A stretch of DNA of 64,000 bases from an uncultured Bacilli bacterium. Its GTDB lineage: Bacteria; Bacillota_I; Bacilli_A; RF39; UBA660. The notes beneath the pieces are model-generated. The model searched no databases, was not told where the DNA came from, and saw only the letters and a list, made by a program, of their open reading frames with translations. The position numbers and the translations under genes are program-made. Location of the stretch: NCBI GenBank assembly GCA_947632325.1, contig CANROU010000003.1:8732-72731 (forward strand). The letters are read 5' to 3'. Below are positions 29,891 through 38,755 of the stretch, piece by piece. Each line of letters opens with the position of its first letter. Position 1 is the stretch's first letter.

Positions 29891-31675
29891 ATGAAGGAAA
29901 AACCTAATAAGTTTAAATTTAAAATAGTAGCCTTAATCTGTGCTGTAGTTACGACCATTATTTATTTTGGCTACACCGTTTTACACAGTATGGACATGCC
30001 TGAGAGATTGACGGCAATTATTGCTGTAGGTATTTTAACTTTGTTTGTTTGTTGTTTTTGCTTTGTAGGCTTAAAACAAAATAGCAAAAATCAAAAATAT
30101 GTTATTCTTACTGCTCTACTAATGACCCTTTATAGTAGTTTTCAATTATTAACTAACATGAATATTTTAAAATTACCAATGCAAGAGACAGTTAAAGATT
30201 TTACTAATAAATCATCAGTTGAAGTGTCTAAATGGGCTACTAAAAATAATATCTCGTTAAATCAAGAATTTGAATATAGTGATAGCGTTGATGAATATTA
30301 TGTCATTAGCCAAGATGTACAAGCCGGGACATTGGTTAAAAAAGTAGATGAAATGGCTATTACAGTATCTGATGGACCTAATTTAGAAAAAGAAGTTATT
30401 ATTCCTAATATGGTTGGCTGGAAAGCTGAGGATGTATTAGATTTTATCAAAAAAAATCATTTATCAAATGTTGATGTAGAATTTGTTTTATCAGATAAAA
30501 CGAAAGATACGGTAATTGCTCAAGATGTTTATGGTAAAAGAAAAAGATCCGATCCATTAAAACTTACTTTTTCCCTTGGTAGCGAAGCTGACATTAAACC
30601 AACGAAAATGATTGATTTAACTAACAAAAGTAAATTTGAAGCTACTTTTTGGCTAAAACAACACGCTATTAAATATCAAGAAAAAACAGATTATAGTGAG
30701 ACAATTAGACGAAACTATGTTATGGCGCAAAGTATCAAAAAAGGAATAACAGTGGACCCTAATAAAGATAGTATAGATATTACTATTTCCAAAGGAAGTA
30801 AAATAATTGTACCAGATTTAATGAAAATGTCTCTAGCGGAAATCACGGAATGGATTACAGCTAATAAACTTAAAATTGAAATTACTGATAAATATGATGA
30901 ATCTATTAAAGTAAACATGCCTATTGAAGTCAATTATAAAGCTGGTGATGTAATTGAAGAAGGAACCATTATCAAACTAATCATTTCTAAAGGAAAATTA
31001 GTAATGGAAGAATTTACTTCTTTAGCTGATTTTAAAACTTGGGCTGATCAATATGGTATAAAGTATAATGAAGAATATGAATTTAGTGATACTGTAGCTC
31101 AAGGAGATATTATTAAATGGTCTCATAAAAAAGGTGATGTCTTAAAAAATAACGATGCTGTTACAGTAACTATTTCACAAGGTCGAAAAACCTCTGTTCC
31201 TGATTTTTCAGGTAAAACTAAAAACGAATGTAATAAGCTATGTAATCAATATAGTTTATCTTGTTCTTTCTTATATAAATACAATAATAGTGTAGCCGAA
31301 GGCAAAGCTTTTGCTCAATCTAAATCAGCTGGACTTGAAGTAGCCGAAAATACCTCTGTATCTATTACCTTAAGCAATGGTAAAGCTCCTGCTAACAGCG
31401 GTAGTTCCAATAATAATAGTGGATCTAGTAATACCAATCCAACTCCAAGTTGTGATACCTCTAAAGGAGCTAAGTTCTATATAGCAGCTGGAAATAATGG
31501 TCGACAAGTATTTGAAGCTACAAAAAATCAAAATCCTGGATTTAATATTACAGCTAATTATGTCCAAAGTTGTCCAAACGGATCAACAGCCAGTGGCTCT
31601 GTATGTAACAGTAGTCAATATCATGGAAAATGGATTTCCTACTGTACGACTATCACATTAACAATAGTAGAATAA
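29891..31675 (+). CDS. Membrane protein with multiple PASTA domains
   Basis: Three N-terminal TMs; repeated (V/I)PD/N....; EYS.....G.(V/I)I.Q; I.ISKG units; Ser/Asn linker; Cys-containing tail. Confidence 0.85.
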   Translation: MKEKPNKFKFKIVALICAVVTTIIYFGYTVLHSMDMPERLTAIIAVGILTLFVCCFCFVGLKQNSKNQKYVILTALLMTLYSSFQLLTNMNILKLPMQETVKDFTNKSSVEVSKWATKNNISLNQEFEYSDSVDEYYVISQDVQAGTLVKKVDEMAITVSDGPNLEKEVIIPNMVGWKAEDVLDFIKKNHLSNVDVEFVLSDKTKDTVIAQDVYGKRKRSDPLKLTFSLGSEADIKPTKMIDLTNKSKFEATFWLKQHAIKYQEKTDYSETIRRNYVMAQSIKKGITVDPNKDSIDITISKGSKIIVPDLMKMSLAEITEWITANKLKIEITDKYDESIKVNMPIEVNYKAGDVIEEGTIIKLIISKGKLVMEEFTSLADFKTWADQYGIKYNEEYEFSDTVAQGDIIKWSHKKGDVLKNNDAVTVTISQGRKTSVPDFSGKTKNECNKLCNQYSLSCSFLYKYNNSVAEGKAFAQSKSAGLEVAENTSVSITLSNGKAPANSGSSNNNSGSSNTNPTPSCDTSKGAKFYIAAGNNGRQVFEATKNQNPGFNITANYVQSCPNGSTASGSVCNSSQYHGKWISYCTTITLTIVE

Positions 31676-31698
31676 CACAACGGTGTTATTCTTTTTTT
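31669..31698 (+). terminator. Intrinsic terminator
   Basis: AGAATAACAC-AACG-GTGTTATTCT plus T-run. Confidence 0.75.
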
Positions 31699-31700
31699 GC

Positions 31701-31726
31701 AAAAAAAAAGCAAATTAATTCGCTTT
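31701..31726 (-). terminator. Intrinsic terminator for the repeat-protein transcript
   Basis: Minus strand AAAGCGAAT-TA-ATTTGCTTT plus T-run. Confidence 0.6.
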
Positions 31727-31882
31727 ATTGATTTTTTGTAAACATTTAATGCCCTCGTTTATTCTTGTTTCAATTTCTCCAAACTTCTTAGGAGTTTTAA
31801 TATTTACTCCTTTTACATTTTGATCAAACAAGCAATTATATCTTGAATCATTGCTATCTATTTTAAAAACATATTCTACTGT
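31715..31882 (-). pseudogene. Start-less out-of-frame fragment containing one degenerate copy of the 28-aa repeat
   Basis: Manual translation VEYVFKIDSNDSRYNCLFDQNVKGVNIKTPKKFGEIETRINEGIKCLQKINKAN*, in a different frame from ORF 31876-32514. Confidence 0.55.
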
Positions 31883-32514
31883 TTATTAGACACATGCTTC
31901 AACTTAAGAATTTTCTGATGTATTTCATAAAGAACAGACTCCTTATAAAAAGCCTTTTTAAACGCGTTTAAATAATGGGTATCATTACTGTTGATTATAA
32001 CTTCACCATGCGCTCTTATGTCAGCTTCTTTTACATCTTTAGCAAACAAATAATTAAATTTTGGATCTTGACTATCTATTACTACTTGTTCATGAGCTTT
32101 TATATCCGCTCCTTCTACATCTCGGGCAAACAAATAATTGAATTCTGGATCTTTACTATCTATTATTACCTTACCATGAGCTCTTATATCCGCTCCTTCT
32201 ACATCTCGGGCAAATAAATAATTGAATTCTGGATCTTTACTATCTATTATTACCTTACCATGAACTTTTATATCCGCTCCTTTTATACCAGCAAACTTAC
32301 AATTATATTCTAGATCTTTACTCTCTATTACTACCTGTTCGTGCGCTTTTATATTAGCTCCTTTTATCCACAGTGCAAAGCGATGAGATAATTTGGGGTT
32401 ATGCACTTCCAAAACATCCTCTTCAAGTTCTTTAAGTATAAGATCATCCTCAATCCCATTTTCACGGGCCTTTTTAATAGCAATTATAATTTCATTAACA
32501 GCATCTTCACCCAT
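31876..32514 (-). CDS. Hypothetical tandem 28-aa helical-repeat protein
   Basis: Repeats of AHGKVIIDSKDPEFNYLFARDVEGADIR; RBS GAGGAG; own promoter. Confidence 0.8.
   Translation of the reverse strand: MGEDAVNEIIIAIKKARENGIEDDLILKELEEDVLEVHNPKLSHRFALWIKGANIKAHEQVVIESKDLEYNCKFAGIKGADIKVHGKVIIDSKDPEFNYLFARDVEGADIRAHGKVIIDSKDPEFNYLFARDVEGADIKAHEQVVIDSQDPKFNYLFAKDVKEADIRAHGEVIINSNDTHYLNAFKKAFYKESVLYEIHQKILKLKHVSNKQ
31981..32365 (-). repeat. Coding tandem repeat, 84-bp unit, ~4.5 well-conserved copies
   Basis: Near-identical units, e.g. tatccgctccttctacatctcgggcaaa..aataattgaattctggatctttactatctattattaccttaccatga occurring twice. Confidence 0.85.
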
Positions 32515-32545
32515 AATTTACCGCTCCTCTCAAATACTGTTTCCT

Positions 32546-32574
32546 ATTATATTTATATATTTTAAAAAAGTCAA
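32546..32574 (-). promoter_or_regulatory. sigma-A promoter for repeat protein
   Basis: TTGACT-N17-TATAAT on minus strand. Confidence 0.7.
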
Positions 32575-32623
32575 GTTAACTAATATCTAGATAATCCTTG
32601 TTTAATTAAATAAAAAGTGAACA

Positions 32624-35600
32624 TCAGGCCACTTTTAATTCTATTGTATTACCTTTTTCAAAATTTAATTTAAACTGGTATGTTTTATCAGCAATAGTAG
32701 CTTTTACATCACTTAAATCACGACCCATTAAATCAGTTAATTCAGCGATATCCGTAACATTTGATGTTGTAGTAATATAAACCTTATAATCTCCCTTTGG
32801 TAATTGACTTATATCAAGTGTAGTATCATACCAAGCCCTTGTTTTATCATATCCATCAGCAACAGGTAATGCCACTTTATATAAGCCATTAGTTATACTA
32901 CCCAAATTAAATTGATAAGTTTTAAACGTCTTTTTATTTTCAAAGATAATTTTTCGATTAACAGTCGTATTATCCGCTAAATTCATGCCATATGAATAAC
33001 TTACACCTTTTAAATATAATCTTTCATTTTTAAATTCCAAAGTATCCCAAACATCATATTGATTATAATAACTATCTACTGTTTTAAGTGGTATCGATAT
33101 ATTATCTCTTATATATAAAGTTACTGCACTACTACGATTACTATAATTATTTTGAATATTTACCACTTTATTGCTTGATTGATAACTAGTAATTTCTTCT
33201 GTAAATAATTTATTATTGACTATTGATTGTGAATAAGTATCCTTTCCTTCTGCTTTTATATACATAATATAATTACCAACAGGAAGCGAATCAATATCTA
33301 AATTAATTAAGAACCAAGCATGTGTATAAGTATAACCATCAGGTGAATAAATAGGATTATCAATTCCTTCTAAATTTGTAATTCTCGTAGCTTCTTGTTC
33401 GTAAATATTATTTTCATTTTCAGTATTAACGAAGATAATCTTATATTGTATATCATTGTCTAAAGTGTTATCCATACCTTGTATAGTCATATAGCCTCGA
33501 AGTTGTAAATTAGTATCCATCTTTTTTAAATAATCAAAATAGAACACACCCTCAACTTCACTTTTATCAATAACTTCTACGGTGATAGTTTTAGTTGTTA
33601 TGTTTTTATAACTATCCTCTACTTGATAAGTAACTTCATAACTACCCAATTTATCTGTTTTTACTTCATTTTTAACAACCTCAATACTATCTGTTAAATC
33701 TCCATCTTCAAAATCGATAGCGCTAACGCCCTCTTTTGGATTAAAAGTCGATTCTATAGTAATAGTATGATCAGAAGCATAAATAACAGGTGCCATATTT
33801 TCCTTTACTTCAAGAGTAATAGTTTTCTTAACTATATGCCCAAAAGAATCCTTAACTTGATAAGTAACTTCATAACTACCTAATTCATTATATTTTACTT
33901 TACTATCATCAAAACTAACTTGACTAGATAAATCGCCATCTTCCTTATCCATAGCCTCTACATTATCAAGTAAATTTGGTTTTGGACTACCAAGAGTTGT
34001 CATTATATCTTTGGCGGTAATAGTTGGTTCTTCATCTTTTAAGACAGTAACTACTATGGTTTTAGAAACCGTATGTCCATAATTATCTTTTACAGTATAA
34101 GTAACTTGATATTGTCCAGGGCTATTTACATCAACTGTTTTAGTAACGTCAATCTTAGTTATATTGCCATCTTCCGGATCAGTGGCACTAACGCCTTCAA
34201 AATAATCAAATTCTCTTCCTTGGATAATGGTTTTATCACTGGCTGTGATAGTTGGTTCTTGATCAATGTAAGTACCTTGATAATATGTAACACTACATCC
34301 CCCAGCTGGATCACTCGCTAAAACATATCCCATTGTACCATTCATATCAGCAGGAACCTGATACCATTTTACACCATTAACAACTACTTCATCTAAAATT
34401 GGGAAATACGTATTTTTATAAAAACCACTAATAACCGTCTCTCTAGTATCGACTGGAGTCGAATTAACCCAAGCCCAATGACGTCCAGGATCAACGTTTT
34501 CTTTGCCATAACTAAGTCCCATAAACTGAATGGCATCGGCAGCAACCCAATCTTCTTGATTGTGTTTATAATCAGATGTTATTAAGTACGCTACGGGTTT
34601 ACCGTTTTCATCTTTAGCTTCAGCATAGACCATTACATAAGTATTAGCTCTAGCACTAGTAATTCTAGTAGAACCATCATCACTGAATACACTACTTTGT
34701 ACTGGTGTGGTTAAAGCTGCATCATAATAGAAAGTTACATCTTTTTTCAATTTAGCTACTTTAGGGATACTAACAGTATCTTTATCATAAAGGTTATTAC
34801 TACTAGAATAGATATTATACGTATAATCATAATCACCATAATGGTATACTTCACTTGGATCAATAAAGCCATGTTTACCATTGTTAATTTTATATACTAC
34901 ATCAACTGGTACATAAACATAACTATTTTTCCAATCATAAGGACCATCAGCAATTTGATTTTTATTAGCGTCAATATTTAAATCACTAACAACCTTATAC
35001 CAAGCGCCTTCTTGTTTTACAATAATCATAGGGAAATCTCGGCGATCATAAGAATATACTTTCTTACTATCATAACTAGCAGAGGCATAAGCATAAACTT
35101 TATCGGTGGTTGTAACTCCTAGTTGATAAAAATTATAATCATTACGAGCGTAATCAAATTCATTATAATATTTAGCTGCTTTTTCACTCCAATATGGATC
35201 AGATGCATATTGAACATTCATTCCCACACCCTTATTACCTAATACACTACCGTTATAACGCCAATCATAAGGATTAGAATATCCATAAGTAAATAAATTA
35301 CGGGCATAAGCATAAATAGAATTAGCAAAAGAAGCATAAGTTTTAGCGGCTTTATAAGCATCACCATCAATAGCTCCATCACCAAAACCATTATTTTTAT
35401 CTACCGAAATAGCACTACGCCCATTAGCTGATTCATTTCTCGTAATACCGAGCATCACAATAGCATTAACACCATAATATTGTTGAGCATTATATAAAAA
35501 TGTTCCTTGACCATATAGTTTAGAAATATACCCATTTAGATAAGAAGCTTCATCGAACGTCGTAGCTGAATATTTTAATTGATTACGAATATAATTATCA

Positions 35601-36454
35601 ATATCAGTAGCAGAATATGTAGTCCTAGAGTGTTGTGGTAAGAACATATAATAGTTATAGTAAGGATAATCCCTATTAACAGCTCTAGTATAAACTTTTT
35701 GTCTATAATCTTGTAACATTGTTCTAAGATCAGTATAAAAATATTTACCATCATAACTGTAATATGTTCCTGGAGATAACATATCAGGTTTTGGTCCAAT
35801 ATTAATACAATATGATTCAGCCACAGGTGTATAAATATCCTTAGTTAAACAATGCCTGATAGCATCATCGCTAACTGTATAATAATTACTAGATTTTACC
35901 CAATTAAGTGGTACTATTTGATAATCATTAGTCAACCAGTTAGTCCAAGAGCTAATAAAATTTACCCATCCATCATAACCCGCTATTTTAACATGAGCTA
36001 CTCTGTTTGGCCAATTTACTTCCACAAAAGCTCCATCAACCGAACGATATAAAGATCCCGTATCCATATAATTGTCTTTACCAGTTAAATCTCCAGCATC
36101 AGGGAAAAACAGACTATAAGCCTTTTGCGTATTAACTGATAAATCCAATAAAGCCACCTTAGCATCCGCAATTTCTGTTCTAGTTTCCCCATAAACTTTA
36201 TTATAAGCTCTAGCTAAAACAACTAAATTATCGTCACTACTACTATTCATAGCGTTTTTAGCACTATAATAATCACCATAGCAAGCTACAGTAGTAAGAG
36301 AACCATCAGTATTAGCTGTTGCTAATTCATATTGATCTCCACAAACCATACGATTTTTAAAATCTACAGGTTTCATAGCATACACTGGAGTAAGAGATAA
36401 TAACATCAAAAAACCACTAAAAAATAGATATTTTAATAACCATCTTTTTTGCAT
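32624..36454 (-). CDS. Secreted GH73 glucosaminidase (LytB-like autolysin) with Ig-like repeats
   Basis: Signal peptide; YGVNA.......NESANGRS, YASDPYW; three P.I.A.D...V.A.D.EDG...Y.VTY.V.D Ig-like repeats; duplicated C-terminal domain. Confidence 0.85.
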   Translation of the reverse strand: MQKRWLLKYLFFSGFLMLLSLTPVYAMKPVDFKNRMVCGDQYELATANTDGSLTTVACYGDYYSAKNAMNSSSDDNLVVLARAYNKVYGETRTEIADAKVALLDLSVNTQKAYSLFFPDAGDLTGKDNYMDTGSLYRSVDGAFVEVNWPNRVAHVKIAGYDGWVNFISSWTNWLTNDYQIVPLNWVKSSNYYTVSDDAIRHCLTKDIYTPVAESYCINIGPKPDMLSPGTYYSYDGKYFYTDLRTMLQDYRQKVYTRAVNRDYPYYNYYMFLPQHSRTTYSATDIDNYIRNQLKYSATTFDEASYLNGYISKLYGQGTFLYNAQQYYGVNAIVMLGITRNESANGRSAISVDKNNGFGDGAIDGDAYKAAKTYASFANSIYAYARNLFTYGYSNPYDWRYNGSVLGNKGVGMNVQYASDPYWSEKAAKYYNEFDYARNDYNFYQLGVTTTDKVYAYASASYDSKKVYSYDRRDFPMIIVKQEGAWYKVVSDLNIDANKNQIADGPYDWKNSYVYVPVDVVYKINNGKHGFIDPSEVYHYGDYDYTYNIYSSSNNLYDKDTVSIPKVAKLKKDVTFYYDAALTTPVQSSVFSDDGSTRITSARANTYVMVYAEAKDENGKPVAYLITSDYKHNQEDWVAADAIQFMGLSYGKENVDPGRHWAWVNSTPVDTRETVISGFYKNTYFPILDEVVVNGVKWYQVPADMNGTMGYVLASDPAGGCSVTYYQGTYIDQEPTITASDKTIIQGREFDYFEGVSATDPEDGNITKIDVTKTVDVNSPGQYQVTYTVKDNYGHTVSKTIVVTVLKDEEPTITAKDIMTTLGSPKPNLLDNVEAMDKEDGDLSSQVSFDDSKVKYNELGSYEVTYQVKDSFGHIVKKTITLEVKENMAPVIYASDHTITIESTFNPKEGVSAIDFEDGDLTDSIEVVKNEVKTDKLGSYEVTYQVEDSYKNITTKTITVEVIDKSEVEGVFYFDYLKKMDTNLQLRGYMTIQGMDNTLDNDIQYKIIFVNTENENNIYEQEATRITNLEGIDNPIYSPDGYTYTHAWFLINLDIDSLPVGNYIMYIKAEGKDTYSQSIVNNKLFTEEITSYQSSNKVVNIQNNYSNRSSAVTLYIRDNISIPLKTVDSYYNQYDVWDTLEFKNERLYLKGVSYSYGMNLADNTTVNRKIIFENKKTFKTYQFNLGSITNGLYKVALPVADGYDKTRAWYDTTLDISQLPKGDYKVYITTTSNVTDIAELTDLMGRDLSDVKATIADKTYQFKLNFEKGNTIELKVA

Positions 36455-36576
36455 ATTATCCCTCCTTTTTCTTTATCTATATTATAACATAAAATCACTT
36501 TATAGTATAGTAATAGCCCCATTATAAATTATTGTTTACATCTATATAGACATAAAAAAAGTACTATTACTAGTAC

Positions 36577-36858
36577 TTATTCAGCAACAGGATAAACACT
36601 TACCTGTTTTTTATCTTTTCCACGTCTTTCGAATTTTACAATACCATCAACTATGGCATATAAAGTATCATCATTACCTCTTTTAACGTTATCCCCTGGA
36701 TATACTTTAGTTCCTCTTTGACGATATAAAATATTACCAGCGGTAACAAATTCACCATCAGCAGCCTTGCTACCTAATCGACGTCCTATTGAATCACGTC
36801 CATTAGAAGTAGATCCTTGACCTTTGTGATGAGCAAATAATTGTATATCTAATCTCAT
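36577..36858 (-). CDS. rpmA: 50S ribosomal protein L27 with N-terminal pro-peptide
   Basis: [35 protein letters not shown]. Confidence 0.97.
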   Translation of the reverse strand: MRLDIQLFAHHKGQGSTSNGRDSIGRRLGSKAADGEFVTAGNILYRQRGTKVYPGDNVKRGNDDTLYAIVDGIVKFERRGKDKKQVSVYPVAE

Positions 36859-36884
36859 GTTACTCTTCTCCTTCCAACTGTATA

Positions 36885-37190
36885 TTATCCAATCTTTGTA
36901 ATTTCAATTTTAGTATATGGTTGTCTATGTCCTTGTGTTAGTCTATTTGATTTATTAGATTTTGACTTATATTTGTATACTTTAATTTTTTTACCTTTAC
37001 CATTTTTGATGACCTTACCTTCTACTGTAGCACCTTTAATATAAGGATTACCTACCTGACCATCTTTCATTAATACTTCATCAAAACTAACAACATCATT
37101 TTCTAAAGCATCGATTTTTTCAATATAAATAACCGATCCTTCTGTTACATAATATTGTTTCCCTCCTGTTTTAATAACAGCATTCATCAT
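36885..37190 (-). CDS. rplU: 50S ribosomal protein L21
   Basis: [18 protein letters not shown]. Confidence 0.97.
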   Translation of the reverse strand: MMNAVIKTGGKQYYVTEGSVIYIEKIDALENDVVSFDEVLMKDGQVGNPYIKGATVEGKVIKNGKGKKIKVYKYKSKSNKSNRLTQGHRQPYTKIEITKIG

Positions 37191-37199
37191 ATTACCTCC

Positions 37200-37277
37200 T
37201 TTATTATACTAAGACTCGCTCTTAAGGTACCAATGGTTTCTACCTTTTCAATGCGGTTTGAGCTTGAGGCGTCAAAC
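37200..37277 (-). ncRNA. L21 ribosomal protein leader
   Basis: Minus strand ACCGC...AAGGTA..TACCTT...GAGCGAGTCTTAGT directly before the rplU RBS, resembling the Bacilli L21 leader. Confidence 0.7.
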
Positions 37278-37283
37278 AAGAAG

Positions 37284-37312
37284 AGTTTACCATATTTTTT
37301 ATGTATCGTCAA
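37284..37312 (-). promoter_or_regulatory. sigma-A promoter for rplU-rpmA
   Basis: TTGACG-N17-TAAACT. Confidence 0.7.
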
Positions 37313-37341
37313 ACTCTTTTAGAACTTTTTCGCAAAATTAT

Positions 37342-38754
37342 TTAAATTTCTTCAATTTTCATAAAATTAGTCTTATGACAATTTACTGGAAAACCACCCG
37401 TTATGATAATATAATCTTTATTTTTCAAATGTAACATATCTATAGCTGTTTTTTTACAACTATCTACTATTTCATCTGTAGAATGACATTCCTCTATTAA
37501 TTTTGGATAAATACCAAAATATAAAGTTAATGACCGAACTGTATGTCTGTTAGGACTAGTCGCTACAATTGGACATCGTGGACGAAACCGACTGATTTTT
37601 TTGGCCGTATTACCAGAATTAGTAGAAGTCACAATAGCTTGCACTTTTAATCTATTGGCACTATCTACTACTGAATGAGCAATACAAGAAGTTATATCAG
37701 GGTGCGTACTAAACATCGTATCATCTAAAAGATCAATATAATTAATATCTTCTTCAGCACTTTTAATAATTTTGTTCATCATTTCAACCGTTTCCACAGG
37801 AAAATTACCAATAGTCGTTTCACCAGATAACATAACGGCATCACTACCGTCTATTACGGCATTATAAACATCAGTAATCTCTGCTTTAGTTGGTAAATTA
37901 TCATTTTCCATGGTAGACAACAATTCCGTAGCTACAATTCCTATTTTACCTTCAACATTAACCTTTTGTAACATCATCTTTTGTAACCCTGGTAATTTTT
38001 CAATAGGAACCTCTACGCCCAAATCACCTCTTGCGACCATAATGCCATCACTATGTTTGATTATTTCATCCAAATCATCTATGGCTTCATTGTTTTCAAT
38101 TTTACTAATAAGTTGTATATTATCATCACCTAATTCAATTAAATAATCATTAACATCTAATACATCAAAATGATCCCTTACAAAAGAAAGAGCTAAAAAA
38201 TCAATCTTTTGTGAGACAGCAAAACGAATATCTTCTTTACTACTTGTAGATAAATAATCTAATTGTAAATTACTATCAGGAAAATGAACAGTACGATTAC
38301 TATAAATAGGTCCTTCTTGTTCTACTTCACACACCACATAATCTTCATGTTGTTCTTGAACCTTTAAAGACACTTTACCATCAGAAAGTAATAAATGCAT
38401 ATTAGGATGTAATAAAGAGATAATATCACAGTAATTAACAGAAAACTCTTGATTGGTTCCTAAAATATCACGATTTACAATCTTAACATGACTTCCTTCT
38501 TTTAAAAAGCATTTTCCATCAGTCATTTCTCCCAAACGTACTTCAGGACCATTCATATCCATCATAATACCGATGGCTTTATGATATTCATCTTCTAATT
38601 GATGAATTTTAGCAATAATCTCTTTACACTGTTCTTCGGTCGCATGTGATAAATTAAACCGCGCTACATCCATCCCTGATTCTATCATCTTTCTTAATAT
38701 TTCTATGTCATTACTTGCTGGACCAATTGTACAGATAATTTTTGTCTTTTTCAT
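37342..38754 (-). CDS. pyk: Pyruvate kinase (divergent)
   Basis: KTKIICTIGPAS, SKIEN, GIMVARGDLGVE, DAVMLSGET. Confidence 0.9.
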   Translation of the reverse strand: MKKTKIICTIGPASNDIEILRKMIESGMDVARFNLSHATEEQCKEIIAKIHQLEDEYHKAIGIMMDMNGPEVRLGEMTDGKCFLKEGSHVKIVNRDILGTNQEFSVNYCDIISLLHPNMHLLLSDGKVSLKVQEQHEDYVVCEVEQEGPIYSNRTVHFPDSNLQLDYLSTSSKEDIRFAVSQKIDFLALSFVRDHFDVLDVNDYLIELGDDNIQLISKIENNEAIDDLDEIIKHSDGIMVARGDLGVEVPIEKLPGLQKMMLQKVNVEGKIGIVATELLSTMENDNLPTKAEITDVYNAVIDGSDAVMLSGETTIGNFPVETVEMMNKIIKSAEEDINYIDLLDDTMFSTHPDITSCIAHSVVDSANRLKVQAIVTSTNSGNTAKKISRFRPRCPIVATSPNRHTVRSLTLYFGIYPKLIEECHSTDEIVDSCKKTAIDMLHLKNKDYIIITGGFPVNCHKTNFMKIEEI

Positions 38755-38755
38755 T

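Noticed and set aside
31981-32365. Tandem DNA repeats considered as a CRISPR array
   Set aside because: Units are 84 bp, contiguous, in frame and protein-coding; no unique spacers and no cas genes
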